Below, one piece after another: positions 24,784-37,390 of a stretch of DNA of 61,367 nt. The position numbers and the translations under genes are program-made. Position 1 is the first letter of the stretch; each line of letters starts with the position of its first letter. The notes under the pieces were generated by a model that saw only the letters and a list, made by a program, of their open reading frames with translations, made no database searches and was not told where the DNA came from. The stretch comes from Octopus bimaculoides (Eukaryota), in the NCBI RefSeq assembly GCF_001194135.2, contig NC_068989.1, positions 84,565,415 to 84,626,781 of the forward strand, written 5' to 3'.

Positions 24784-26305
24784 TATCATCTGATGCAGAT
24801 ATGCTATAAATATAGTTTACAGCAGTTCTCTCATACACACATATACGCACGCATGTATATATGTGTGTGTGTGTGTTCGTGCGCACACGCATATCTGATC
24901 CTATCAAACTAATTATATGTATGTATGTTGTGTGTATAAACACGCATACATACATTCACATACATATGTATGTGTATACTCACTTTAATAGAACTAAAGC
25001 TATTTCATAATGTATCAATTATATATTTATACATGTATTGTGTATGTCTGAACACATACACAACACAACAGAACACAATTCAGCGCGGCCACTATTGCTT
25101 CAAGTTATCTGACTTAAATGGAAACTGTTGAGTATTTTTATGTTGATATCAGTGGTATATGTAGTCTAACAGTTTATTTATTGTCTCTCTTCAAACAAAT
25201 CTGAAAGTAAGACCTTGCGCAACTGTTCTTCATCCTGCAGACGATCACACATACCTACACCATTAAACTGGCTTGTCAACATTTTACAACACTCATTAAC
25301 TGAGGTCATATAAACTCCCACACTGGTAAATAGCGAAAGGAAATAAAGGAAAAAGAAAAAAAAACAATGGGTTCAGTTAGTGTTTAGGGTATTGATAGAC
25401 CTGTGAAGGCGAGTCGCCTAGAGATCTGAATATTGGCATCGTGGGTTCGATTCCCAGATGGACGAGGAGTTGTGGTTTTGAGTAAGGCATTTTATTTCAT
25501 TTCATTTTGGTCCAATCTGTTCAGCTTGTAAACGAATACCAGCGGCTGTTTGGAGTTATTCTTGTGCCGCACAGGCGTTCAGAAAGAAGTCTTCTACTTT
25601 CAGTTGTTCAAACGCCATGGAAATCGGGATAAAGACTGGTCTAGTGGACCTGATTGTCTCGACATGGGCTACACCTCTTTTTTTTTTTTTTTTTAATGAA
25701 CTTAGCTTTAGTAAAAAGAATTAGTGTTAAGTTTACATTTACTTTGTCTTGTAGTACGTGTGATGAGAGGAAGAGAGAGTTGAGTGAGTCGCGAGTGCCT
25801 CAGTTAGCTTTGTGGAGCAAAGGCCATTGTAGTAGCAGTAGAAAAGCTAAAGAGAGAAGACAAAAACTCCCCTTTTAAGTTTTTCTACTGGTAGACCAGA
25901 ATCTGGAGTTGTGTTTGTAAGTGACTTCATGCCTTTTGGATGTGGACTAGAATGTTTCTGTGTGTAGCACCAGAACCGTCCTATAGGATAAACCAGTATT
26001 CCATTTTGATGTTTCAAGGGAAAAGTTGAAGTATATTCTCTCATTAAGGAGAAAAATCAATCTCTGAGATGTGGTTTTCACATTTAGAGTTGGGGTTCAG
26101 AGTTTGTAGTTGGAATTAGGGTTTAGTGCCCGGTTAAGCTCATCTTGGTAAAGTGGAGTTAATTGTCTCAGATTCAAGTTACATTTCTGCATGACATTGT
26201 TAAGATGTTGCGTAGTTAAAGTTTATGTATGGCTGCTGTATGCTTTGAAATCTCTGGAGTTCATTCTGGGCTACATTTTATATGTGTATATATATATATA
26301 TATAT

Positions 26306-26696
26306 AGGCGCAGGAGTGGCTGTGTGGTAAGTAGCTTGCTTACCAACCACATGGTTCCGGGTTCAGTCCTACTGCATAGCACCTTGGGCAAGTGTCTTCT
26401 ACTATAGCCTTGGGCTGACCTAAGCCTTGTGAGTGGATTTGGTAGACGGAAACTGAAAGAAGCCCGTCGTATATATGTATATATGTGTGTCTGTGTTTGT
26501 CCCCCCACCATCGCTTGACAACCAATGCTGGTGTGTTTACGTCCCCGTAACTTAACGGTTCGGCAAAAAGAGACCGATAGAATAAGTACTAGACTTCCAA
26601 AGAATAAGTCCTGGGGTCGATTTGCTCAACTAAAGGCGGTGCTCCAGCATGGCCGCAGTCAAATGACTGAAACAAGTAAAAGAGTAAGAGTAAAGA

Positions 26697-26698
<2 letters not shown>
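26306..26698 (+). mobile_element. SINE family D, full length
   Basis: ggcgcaggagtggctgtgtggtaag ... gactgaaacaagtaaaagagtaagag. Confidence 0.92.
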
Positions 26699-26734
<36 letters not shown>

Positions 26735-27028
26735 TTGAGGGATCAAGTGTTTAATTTTGGAGATTATTATTATCCAAGATGGAGCTGTTGATAACATCAT
26801 TGTGGTGGTTGTCATGTCACCAATATGCCTACATCTTTTAGTCATATAGATGTTGTTACGAGCAATGGCCACTTAACCGTGTAGGTGGTGTATGTTCATA
26901 ATAATGGTATCTGGTCTGATTTGTGTGGTTGAATGTCTAACTTGATCTTTCAGGCAACATTCACACACACACACACACACACACAGAAATAGATTGAGAA
27001 TGAGGAAGAGGAGGAGGCGGAGAGAGGT

Positions 27029-27409
27029 GGGGGTTAAATTGATGGATAAACCAATGTGGATAGAATTCATAATGGCTTGATAATTGATGTAGAATTCTTC
27101 ATCTGGAACAGATGTACTCTGGACATGAAACCACACCTGCTGCTGCCGCCATACCTACACACAGAACCATCACATCATGCATTCCTGTTTCTCATTACCC
27201 CCCCCCCATCATTGACAACACTGCAACCACAACCACCATCATCAACATCGCTACCACCATCATCATCAACAACATCACCACCACCACTATCGACAATGTG
27301 TACTTCATCACCATCAGCAGCACGTTGATGAGTTGGTGGCTTTGATGTAAAATGTCAGCTACAGGAAAAACACCCCACCTTCAGTTATCACTGTTCCTAG
27401 CAGCACTGA

Positions 27410-27412
<3 letters not shown>
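27029..27412 (-). repeat. Inverted duplication, copy 2
   Basis: Reverse complement of 13829-14195. Confidence 0.92.
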
Positions 27413-27466
<54 letters not shown>

Positions 27467-27964
27467 CAGTCCATCCATCTGTGTGAATATGCAACTTCCC
27501 TGTTGTTGAATGTATAAAAAGTTCACCATTTAATGGTCGTCGTTCTGTTGTCCCTCATGTACTATTAACCAGTTTTTTCTAAAATGGACTCTTCCTTTCA
27601 TATTTTCTTTTGCTGATTTCAACCAAAAAGGCCATATGACTAAACAAAAAGAAATCGAACTGTGGCCATACTGGAACCAATGAGGGAGCCTCCGGGTGGT
27701 CACTCTTCTTGGTAGAAATAGCAATCAAATCTCATTTGAGTCTTGCCATCTTAAAAGAAAAGAAGGACAACACGTTACATAATGTAGTTTTGTACACTCT
27801 TTGAAAAGGTGTGTTGGTCATGTATGGAATGTCTCTGTTTGCAGGTCTGCTTCATCAAACTTGAGCCAGGCGAAAGTAACAACATAAAGAGGGTTATATC
27901 AAGCCCACTAGATAACTGGGACTTTAATTTATGAATTTCACAAGGATGAAATGTATAATGGACA

Positions 27965-28067
27965 TGAACATATTGTGTAGTGGTTAAGAGCATGGGCCAC
28001 TAACCCCAAGATTCCAAGTTCAATTCCAAGCAGTGACCTGAATAATAATAATAATAACAACAACAAC

Positions 28068-28138
<71 letters not shown>

Positions 28139-28315
28139 CAACATGGAAAAATACTTTAGGAATGAGAACCCAGGTTTGAAATTTCCCCAAGACACCTGAT
28201 GAAGGCTGGAGGGTGTATCAGCCGAAATGTTGTGTTAACAACAAACAAGATGAGGACAAATATCTGTCAAATGTAAATAACGTAAATAATTCCTCATCTC
28301 TTAAATATAGAACTG
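27965..28315 (+). mobile_element. SINE-like family G, copy 2
   Basis: Colinear with copy 1; GACAC-CTGATGA-A-GGCTG..CAGCC-GAAAT-GTT-GTGTT at 28191-28236. Confidence 0.85.
28191..28236 (+). ncRNA. Minimal type I hammerhead ribozyme motif (Penelope-like, dimer type), one core-adjacent substitution
   Basis: Stem I GACAC/GTGTT, core CUGAUGA, stem II GGCUG/CAGCC, GAAA, GUU triplet. C15.2 appears as T. Confidence 0.6.
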
Positions 28316-28634
28316 GACATGAACAAGATTTGAACTAAGAACACAGAGAGAGGGACTGAACAGCACACGGTATTGTGTCCAGTGCTCAACCAATTCTGCC
28401 AACACACAAACACACACACAATCTTTTATCTTTTTTTATCTTCTACTTGTTTCAGTCATTGGATTGCGACCATGTTGGAGCACTGCCTTAAATCGTTTTG
28501 TCAAACAAATCAACCCCAGTGTTTATTTTTTGTAAAATTAAGCATTTTGCCTGGAGTGCTAATGAGTCTACCCACCCACCACCTTAATGATAATAGTAAT
28601 AATAATAACGATGACGATAATGATAATAATAATC

Positions 28635-29465
28635 CTTTCTACAATAGAAACAAGGTCTGAAATTTGTGGGTAGGGGGTCTAGTCGATTACATCAACCCCA
28701 GTACACAACTGGTACTTAATTTATTGACCTTGAAAGGATGAAAGGCAAAGTCGACCTCGGCAGAATTTGAACTCAGAATGTAGCAACGGGCAAAATACCG
28801 CTATGCATTTTGCTCAACATGCTAACGACTCTGCCAGATCGTTACCTTTAATGATAATAATAATAAGATGGCATTATTTGCCACAAGGATGATATAATGC
28901 TTTTAAATATACTTGTGAAAACAAAAGCATTTTGTCGATGGTTCTTTTGACTGTAACACCAGGCTATACGTCTATGGCTTGTGTAAGCTGTTTGGAAATG
29001 GCAACTCAGAAATAGAAAAACCAAACAATTGGTGCTTGTCTTCAATTATCTCCATATGCAAAAAAGGAACATCTCTTCAGGACCACCAAACATTTAGGAA
29101 TGTATCAATATTGATATATATATATGTGTGGTCCCTCACCAAGTGTAGGGATCAGAGAGCAATAGGTCAAGGACTATTTGTTCAACTTCATTGATTAATG
29201 GAACAGCAAGAGCAAGTTAGTTGTGGTTGTCATTATAAAGGAGACAAACAAGGCGGCAAGATGGCAGAATTGTTAGCGCCGGGCGAAATGCTTAACAGTA
29301 TTTCATCTGCTGCTACGTTCTGAGTTCAAATTCCACCAAGGTCGACTTTACCTTTCATCCTTGCGGGGTCGATGAAATAAGTACCAGTTACATACTGGGT
29401 TGATGTAATCGACTAAACCCCTCTCCTCAAATTTCAGGCCTTGTGCCTATAGTGGAAAGGATTAT
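28635..29465. mobile_element. SINE family C copies: 28635-28850 (-), 29252-29465 (+)
   Basis: Match the C consensus; they flank an RTE RT remnant. Confidence 0.85.
28900..29130 (+). pseudogene. Non-LTR (RTE-like) reverse transcriptase fragment
   Basis: KPNNWCLSSIISICKKGTSLQDHQTFRNVSIL resembles P..W....I.PI.KKG......NYR.ISLL. Confidence 0.6.
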
Positions 29466-30966
29466 AAAAGAGAAGAACAATGATAGAAAGGGCCAAGATT
29501 TCTTGTCTTCAGTTTCCATCAGGCCACTTTATAACATTTCTCAACAGTAAACTTACAGCTCTTAATGGCTGGGATTTTCTAAGAAATAGTTTAAGGTAGA
29601 ATGTTGGAGGCTGACTACAAAAGACTAACAGTCCACTTTCTCAGTATGCCCTGATCTCTTCACAAGGAAATTCCAATACTGGGCAAGAAATACCTATATT
29701 TAATTTTAAAATTTAAAAAAAAAAAGAACAGGCTTGAAGGAAGCTAGTGGTGGCCAACCAAGAACATCATTTATGTAATGACTTAATCTGCTAGTAATAG
29801 CAGCCAAATCTCGTATAAATCACGGGAGAGGGGTGACCCTGACTTCAAAGTTGCAGCCTGCTAGCTGTTGGATAGTTCAACGGTGGTTAGCTGGCCTAAA
29901 GTTCAAGGTCACTCCTCTTCTTATAAAAGAGTGGTCATCATCATCATCATTTAATGTCTGCTTTCTATGCTGTCATAGGTTGAGTGGTTTGACAGGAGCT
30001 GGTCATTTGGGACCTGCCTAGGTTCCAATTGTCTGTCCTGGCATGGTTTCTATGGCTGGATGCACTTCCTAACACCAACCACTCTACAGAGTGTACTGGG
30101 TGCTTTTTACGTGACACTGGCACAGGTGCACTTATGTGGCACAGGTACGGGTGCTCTTACATGGCACCAGCACAAGTGTTTTTTAAATGGCACTAACAAC
30201 CACAAGACCTCAAGAGAAGAACTCAGCTGAAAGAGGGACGTAGAGTGACTAAAACAAATAAAAGAATATATACAGACATATATGTAAGAGTATATATATG
30301 TATGTATATATGTATATATAAGAATATATATGTATATAAGACTATTTGCATACATGTATACAGAGTATATATATGTATATGTAGGGCTATCTGTATACAT
30401 GTATATAACTATATATGTAGGTCTATATGTACATAAGGGTATATGGATGTATATCTGTATTAGAGTACATGCACATATATATGCATATAAGGGCATGTGT
30501 ATGTTTATGTATATAAGAGTATTTGTATATATATGCATGCATAAAGTAAATATGACTGTATATCAAAATACAACACTATCTATTTCAACACACTGCTTCA
30601 GATCGCACTCCGCACAGCCAGAGCTGTAGACATAGCTGATGAGCCAGAGGGGCAGACTGGAGTGATAAGGGACGTGTCNNNNNNNNNNNNNNNNNNNNNN
30701 NNNNNNNNNNNNNNNNNNNNNNNNNNNNGGGGACGGGGGTTGGTGTTGGGGTCGGGGTCACTGGAAGAATCATAAGGAAGTTTCTTTCATGTTGTTTGTC
30801 TGTGAGAAGTTAATTCAGTGATAAAGCAGTCAGGGTTTGGTTCAGAAGTTTAGCTGACCCTGCCTTCTTTCCTGTATCACCTCAGCTTACTAGACTGTGT
30901 CTTATAGCATGTTTGTATATAGAGATACATTAGATAAAGACATATATCTATATGTATGTATGTATG

Positions 30967-31025
<59 letters not shown>

Positions 31026-31170
31026 GTGTGTGTGTTTGCATGTTTGTATATGTATGTAACATGTTTTATAGTGTGTATGTGTGTATTATGTATATATATA
31101 TTTATAGATAAATATAATGTATCTTATAGCATGTGTGTATGTACGATAGCTAGATAATGTACCTTATAGC

Positions 31171-31217
<47 letters not shown>

Positions 31218-31236
31218 GACACATACATAAGATACA

Positions 31237-31275
<39 letters not shown>

Positions 31276-31305
31276 TTGTAGTGTGTGTGCGTGTACAAAA
31301 CAGAT

Positions 31306-31338
<33 letters not shown>

Positions 31339-32054
31339 AGCTCCAGAATTGATAACTCTGCTACTGCCACCACCACCAGTACTGCTGCTGCTACTACTAT
31401 TCACTCTAAATTATCTTTCCCGACAATCAGTTCCCAGTAAAACACAATTTCACAGTTTTTTTTTTTTTCATATATATTTCCCCCTATTATTTTAAAAATA
31501 TTTCTGCTGGGAATTCTCATAGACTTCGGTTGTTTTGACTTTTTTGATTTTTTTTTTGTTCCAATGCGTATGTTTGTGAGTGGGTACACCCCTCCCCCCA
31601 AACACTCACACAAATTCACACATTGATATATATATATATATATATANNNNNNNNNNNNNNNNNNNNNNNNNNNNNNNNNNNNNNNNNNNNNNNNNNNNNN
31701 NNNNNNNNNNNNNNNNNNNNNNNNNNNNNNNNNNNNNNNNNNNNNNNNNNNNNNNNNNNNNNNNNNNNNNNNNNNNNNNNNNNAGAGAATAGCAAATGTC
31801 ATTTAAGTTTAATTAAACATTATATATAAATAGTCTTATCACCAATATCAATGACTGCAACCAAACAGGGAAACAAATTTTCAATTCTTTGTTTGAAAAA
31901 GTCTGCATTGTCTTCCTGAAAAGAGCTTCAGTATTTTCCTTTTTTCTGAATGCTCTGTCACCTGTAGAATAATCTAGTGATTTAAAACGTGTGATAATCC
32001 ACAAGTGCTAAATTTGGTGAGTATAAAGGATACGGAACTACTTCACATACTCTT

Positions 32055-32468
32055 TTTAACTCTTTTACTTGTTTCAGTCATTTGACTGTGGCCATGCTGG
32101 AGCACCGCCTTTAGTCGAGCAAATCGACCCCAGGACTCATTCTTTGTAATCCTAGTATTTATTCTATTGGTCTCTTTTGTCGAACCCCTAAGTTACGGGG
32201 ACGTAAACACACCAGCATCAGTTGTCAAGCGATGTTGGGGGACAAACACAGACACACAAACACATACACATACATACATATATATATTTATATATACATA
32301 TATACGACAGGCTTCTTTCAGTTTCCGTCTACCAAATCCACTCACAAGGCTTTGGTCAGCCTGAGGCTATAGTAGAAGACACTTGCCCAAGGTGCTACGC
32401 AGTGGAACTGAACCCGGAACCATGTGGTTGGTAAGCAAGTTACTTACCACATAGCCACTCCTATGCCT
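32055..32468 (-). mobile_element. SINE family D, full length
   Basis: Reverse complement of 26306-26698. Confidence 0.92.
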
Positions 32469-32639
32469 AATGATTTTCTAACTTCTCTGGGTTTGTTTGG
32501 CAGACTGAGCTCATCTTGTCCACAGGAAAATAATACTTATTCTTGGAGTCTACTGTAGCATGCGGTCTACCTAGCGATTTACTCTTCAGCATATAGTCTA
32601 CCTGGTCATTTGGCCATTTACACTTTAGCATAGTCTAAT

Positions 32640-32750
32640 CGTAACCCTAACCCTTATCCAAAACCCAAACCCTTACTCTAAATCCTAACCCTAAACCCTA
32701 TCTCTAACCTTAAACCCTAGCCTAACCCCTCACCCTAATCCTAACTCAGA
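32640..32750 (+). repeat. Degenerate interstitial telomere-like (CCCTAA)n tract
   Basis: aaccctaaccct...cctaaccctaaaccct...ccctaatcctaac. Confidence 0.7.
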
Positions 32751-33579
32751 TCAGGTCATTTCACAGCATAGATTACGGATATGGCAGTAGACTACACGCT
32801 AAATTAATACCTACTTTTGTTTACCAAAGCAAGCTACTTTTCAGTATAATGTTTCATTTACATGATTAAGTTGGCAATAAATCTGTCCAGTAATGGTTTT
32901 TCCTTGTTTCAGTCTCTCAGAATGGACAACACCATTTATGTTTTACCTGATACATAGCAAACATTTCCGTGGAGGAAGTCCTGGTTTTGGTGTTGGCGCC
33001 AGTTTCTCATTTACTGATTTTTTTTATTTCACTGTCTTTTTCAATTTCTGTTGACACACTTGTACATATATTTGTGTCATGTATTGTAATGAGGTACAGA
33101 AATGAGATTGTGCTATTCCTAGTGAAGAGACTGCTCCATTAAACTTGGATCTCAAACAAAAACTCATGGCAAAACCAAACCTCTTTATTGCACTTTTTCC
33201 CAATTTGTGGGAGGTGTTTGTTCATGGATGGTTAAGTGTGACAGGAAAGAAGCCATCACTTTCTTCAGAGCCAGAGAAAAATCCAGTTCATCAAAACTTC
33301 AGTAGCCATCATGCCTACTTTCCACATCTCCAGACTGGCAACTGAGAGTGGATCTCATGATGTTCTCAAATTGCACCAAACAGGTGATCATGTTGAATCT
33401 GACTGTGCCCTGAGAGGAAAACATGCAGGAGGCTCCTGAGAGGAAGCTTGCCAAATATGTATCAGGAACTGGTAAAGCAGTGTAGAAATCAGGGCTGGCA
33501 GTCTTGCTGTTGAACAACAGCAGTTGACTGTCAAGGCTTTGAGTGCATTCATTCTTGAAAGCTCTGACTAGGCTTGGAG

Positions 33580-33692
33580 GCAGATCTCAAGACTCTCAAC
33601 CTCAAGGATGATATGACAAAGGACTGGGATGACTTGTGTGATAAGCAGCTCTCGAGAAGACATGCCTACTTCGGGGGAAACTGAGTACTACT
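33580..33692 (+). mobile_element. RTE-type LINE 3' fragment
   Basis: Reverse-complement match to 36833-36950; encodes DLKTLNLKDDMTKDWDDLC. Confidence 0.7.
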
Positions 33693-33861
33693 CTGTGTAT
33701 GTGAACTAGGCTTGGTACAGCAAAAAGGAAGGCTATAAATTCCATCACTGCAACTGCAGGAAAGGCTACTAGGTGGCTTTAGATAAAGAGGGCAGACCAG
33801 AAATATTCTGAAGTGTTGGGCTGAGTGCATGCACACACACACGCACACACACACACATCCT

Positions 33862-34265
33862 TTTATTCTTTTACTTGTTTCATTCATTTGACTGCGGCCA
33901 TGCTGGAGCACTGGCTTTTAGTCAAACAAATCGACTCCAGCATTTATTCTTTGTAAGCCTGGTACTTGTTCTATCGGTCTCTTTTGCCGAACCGCTAAGT
34001 TACAGGGACGTAAACACTCCAACATCGGTTGTCAAGCGATGGTGGTGGGGGAACAAATACTCACGCGCACACACACACACACACACACACATACATCTAT
34101 ACAACAAGCTTCTTTCAGTTTCCGTCTACCAAATCCACTCACAAGGCTTTGGTCAGCCCAAGGCTATAGTAGAAGACACTTGCCCAAGGTTCCACACAGT
34201 GGGACTGAACCCAGGACCATGTGGTTGGGAAGCAAGCTTCTTACCACACAACCATTCCTGTGCGT
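33862..34265 (-). mobile_element. SINE family D, full length
   Basis: Reverse complement of the D consensus. Confidence 0.9.
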
Positions 34266-35303
34266 ATACATGCATGCAAATACATATACACTCCTGCCAT
34301 AACACGCACACATACATACACACAGCAGAGATTCAGATACATACGTGTACACAATTTTCACTTATCCCCCCCCCCACTCTGTTCTGTTTCACACTTATGC
34401 ATGTGTGTATGTGTGTAATATATATGTGTGTGTATATATATATATTTGGAGCCTGGTGCAGCCATCTGGTTCACCAGTCCTCAGTCAAATCGTCCAACCC
34501 ATGCTAGCATGGAAAGCGGACGTTAAACGATGATGATGATGATGATATATCATGTATGTATGTATATATGTATCTTTTACACATCCTCTCTTTCTATTTC
34601 ACACACACACACACACACCCTATGCTGCACCCCTTTTGTTTATAATTTACTTTCTGTTGACTTCCTNNNNNNNNNNNNNNNNNNNNNNNNNNNNNNNNNN
34701 NNNNNNNNNNNNNNNNNNNNNNNNNNNNNNNNNNNNNNNNNNNNNNNNNNNNNNNNNNNNNNNNNNNNNNNNNNNNNNNNNNNNNNNNNNNNNNNNNNNN
34801 NNNNNNNNNNNNNNNNNNNNNNNNNNNNNNNNNNNNNNNNNNNNNNNNNNNNNNNNNNNNNNNNNNNNNNNNNNNNNNNNNNNNNNNNNNNNNNNNNNNN
34901 NNNNNNNNNNNNNNNNNNNNNNNNNNNNNNNNNNNNNNNNNNNNNNNNNNNNNNNNNNNNNNNNNNNNNNNNNNNNNNNNNNNNNNNNNNNNNNNNNNNN
35001 NNNNNNNNNNNNNNNNNNNNNNNNNNNNNNNNNNNNNNNNNNNNNNNNNNNNNNNNNNNNNNNNNNNNNNNNNNNNNNNNNNNNNNNNNNNNNNNNNNNN
35101 NNNNNNNNNNNNNNNNNNNNNNNNNNNNNNNNNNNNNNNNNNNNNNNNNNNNNNNNNNNNNNNNNNNNNNNNNNNNNNNNNNNNNNNNNNNNNNNNNNNN
35201 NNNNNNNNNNNNNNNNNNNNNNNNNNNNNNNNNNNNNNNNNNNNNNNNNNNNNNNNNNNNNNNNNNNNNNNNNNNNNNNNNNNNNNNNNNNNNNNNNNNN
35301 NNN

Positions 35304-35349
<46 letters not shown>

Positions 35350-35769
35350 CACTGTGTGTGTGTGTATGTATATATGTAGAATAGGTCCCGCTCTGTATAT
35401 AGCATGGATATGTACCCTAATTTTCGTCTTCCCACTTTCACCCTTGTCGTACCACATCCACCAATCCACCCACTCCTTTTAACTTATTTACTTTAAACCT
35501 CATTGCACCATCACCACCACCCTCAGTGTGATACCTTAACACCTCTTCCTCTCTCTCTCTCTCTCTCTCTCCATCATCATTGTTGTCATCACTACAGCTG
35601 TTAGTCTGGAAGAGAGTAAAGGTTGTTAGTTGCGGTGATGAGACTGCCAGAGCTGGAGGGTGTGTGTGCATGCATGCACATATATCTATATATCACATAT
35701 TTCCAAATATATACATATGTAGATATATTTACAAATGTTTACAAACTTGCGTACACACACACACACATG

Positions 35770-36430
35770 GTTTCATGTGTCCAAGGCCTAAGAAGTTCAA
35801 GAACCGACAATCGACAAAGAATGTCATGGTGACTGTTTTGTGGAATGACAAGGGCATTGTTGTTCTCCTTTGTTTTCTGGATCATGGCCCCGTACCATGA
35901 ATTGTGAGCATGTCATTAAGACACTCGAAAAGCTCAAAGAAGCCTTTAGGACGAAGAAAGAGATCAAGCAGGAAATTGGAAAATGATTGGTGTTTGCCAT
36001 AACAGTGTGTGACTACTACACGCATCTTAGGCAACAAATCAGGCAATTAGCAAATTAGGCAATTAACAAATTAGGCTGGTCAGTAGTTTCACTTGTCTAC
36101 CATACAGCTTGGATCTGATGCCCTCCAACTTACTCCTGTTTGATCCAATGGAGGACAGTCTTCAGGAAAACAATGATTCGATGACACAGATGTGATGAAA
36201 GTAACTGTGAAGAAGTAGGTACAACATTGCACACCTGAATATTTCCAAAGAGGGTTTGAGAGATGGGTTTAAGGAAGGTGTATATGCATTTCCTGTGTTG
36301 GAGACTATGTTGAGTAGGGGCCTTGTGTAGAGGAAGACTTACTCTACCTACATGTACAATTTGAACAAACTATGTCAGTTAATAAAAAGGTTATGCTCAC
36401 TTTTGCATTACTTTTGGTCTCACTCGTGTG
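35770..36430 (+). pseudogene. Mariner (DD34D-type) transposase remnant with 3' end
   Basis: Frameshifted translation: PRPKKFK..STKNVMVTVLWNDKG, ..PYSLDLMPSNLLLFDPMED, ..YFQRGFERW..C..GDYVE*. These match the mariner motifs KVM.TVFWD..G, PYSPDLAPSDF.LF and GDYVEK. Confidence 0.85.
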
Positions 36431-36449
36431 TGTATGTGTGTGTGTCTAG

Positions 36450-36830
36450 ATCAGTGGTTTTCAACAGGGGCAGACTGGCATAACTGTTTACCAGGCCCCT
36501 TTGAATGTCTGCTGTAGTTGACATGCATTGGTTCCACAACAGAACTCATATTCACGAATTTTTCATCTATCCATGGGTTCACAAAAATTGATGTACAAGA
36601 CAAAACTCACAATACAATCAGACACCATGAATTGCATGTTTGAAAACTGATGATGTAACTCTTCAATGTAGCAAAACAAAGAATTGTCAGGATAAAACAT
36701 TAGGAGTTAACGACTGTCAAACTTGCTGCATAAGAATATCGGTCATTTCATTTTTAATGACCTGATATTTACCTTTAGAACTTAAAATATGTCACACTTA
36801 TTTTAACCAACCTAAAATTCACACACACAA
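36450..36830. mobile_element. Probable hAT element left end/fragment
   Basis: gtctagat followed by CAGTGGTTTTCAAC (typical hAT terminus after an NTCTAGAN-type target); no right TIR found. Confidence 0.4.
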
Positions 36831-36832
36831 AG

Positions 36833-37010
36833 TAGTACTCAGTTTCCCCTGAAGTGGGCATGTCTTCTCAAGAGCTGCTTATCACACAAGTCATCCCAGT
36901 CCTTTGTCATATCAGCCTTGAGGTTGAGAGTCTTGAGATCTTCCTCCATTACATCGTCCCATGGCTTCCTTGGTCCCCCTCTCCTGCCAGCTCCATCCAC
37001 ATTAAGTAAT
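36833..37010 (-). mobile_element. RTE-type LINE 3' fragment
   Basis: Minus strand RRGGPRKPWDDVMEEDLKTLNLKADMTKDWD, typical G.P.K.W...V..DL C-terminus. Confidence 0.7.
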
Positions 37011-37018
37011 CAGTTTGT

Positions 37019-37390
37019 TGTTGGCACTCCGTCGCTTACAACGTCGAGAGTTCCAGTTGATCCGATCAATGGAACAGCCTGCTCGTGAAATTAACGTGCA
37101 AGTGGCTGAGCACTCCACAGACACGTGTACCCTTAACGTAGTTCTTGGGGATATTCAGTGTGACACAGTGTGTGACAAGGCTGACCCTTTGAATTACAGG
37201 CACAACAGAAACAGAAAGTAAGAGTGAGAGAAAGTTGTGGTGAAAGAGTACACCCCCCCCCCCTGCCGGAGCCTCGTGGAGCTTTAGGTGCTTTCGCTCA
37301 ATAAACACTCACAACGCCCGGTCTGGGAATCGAAACCGCGATCCTATGACCGCGAGTCCGCTGCCCTAACCACTGGACCATTGCGCCTCC
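37019..37390 (-). mobile_element. SINE family A, full length with small internal deletion
   Basis: Colinear with 507-887. Confidence 0.9.

Noticed and set aside
30630-30678. Hammerhead near-match CTGATGA-GCC-agagg-GGC
   Set aside because: It is followed by AGAC rather than GAAA, with no stem I/III partner.
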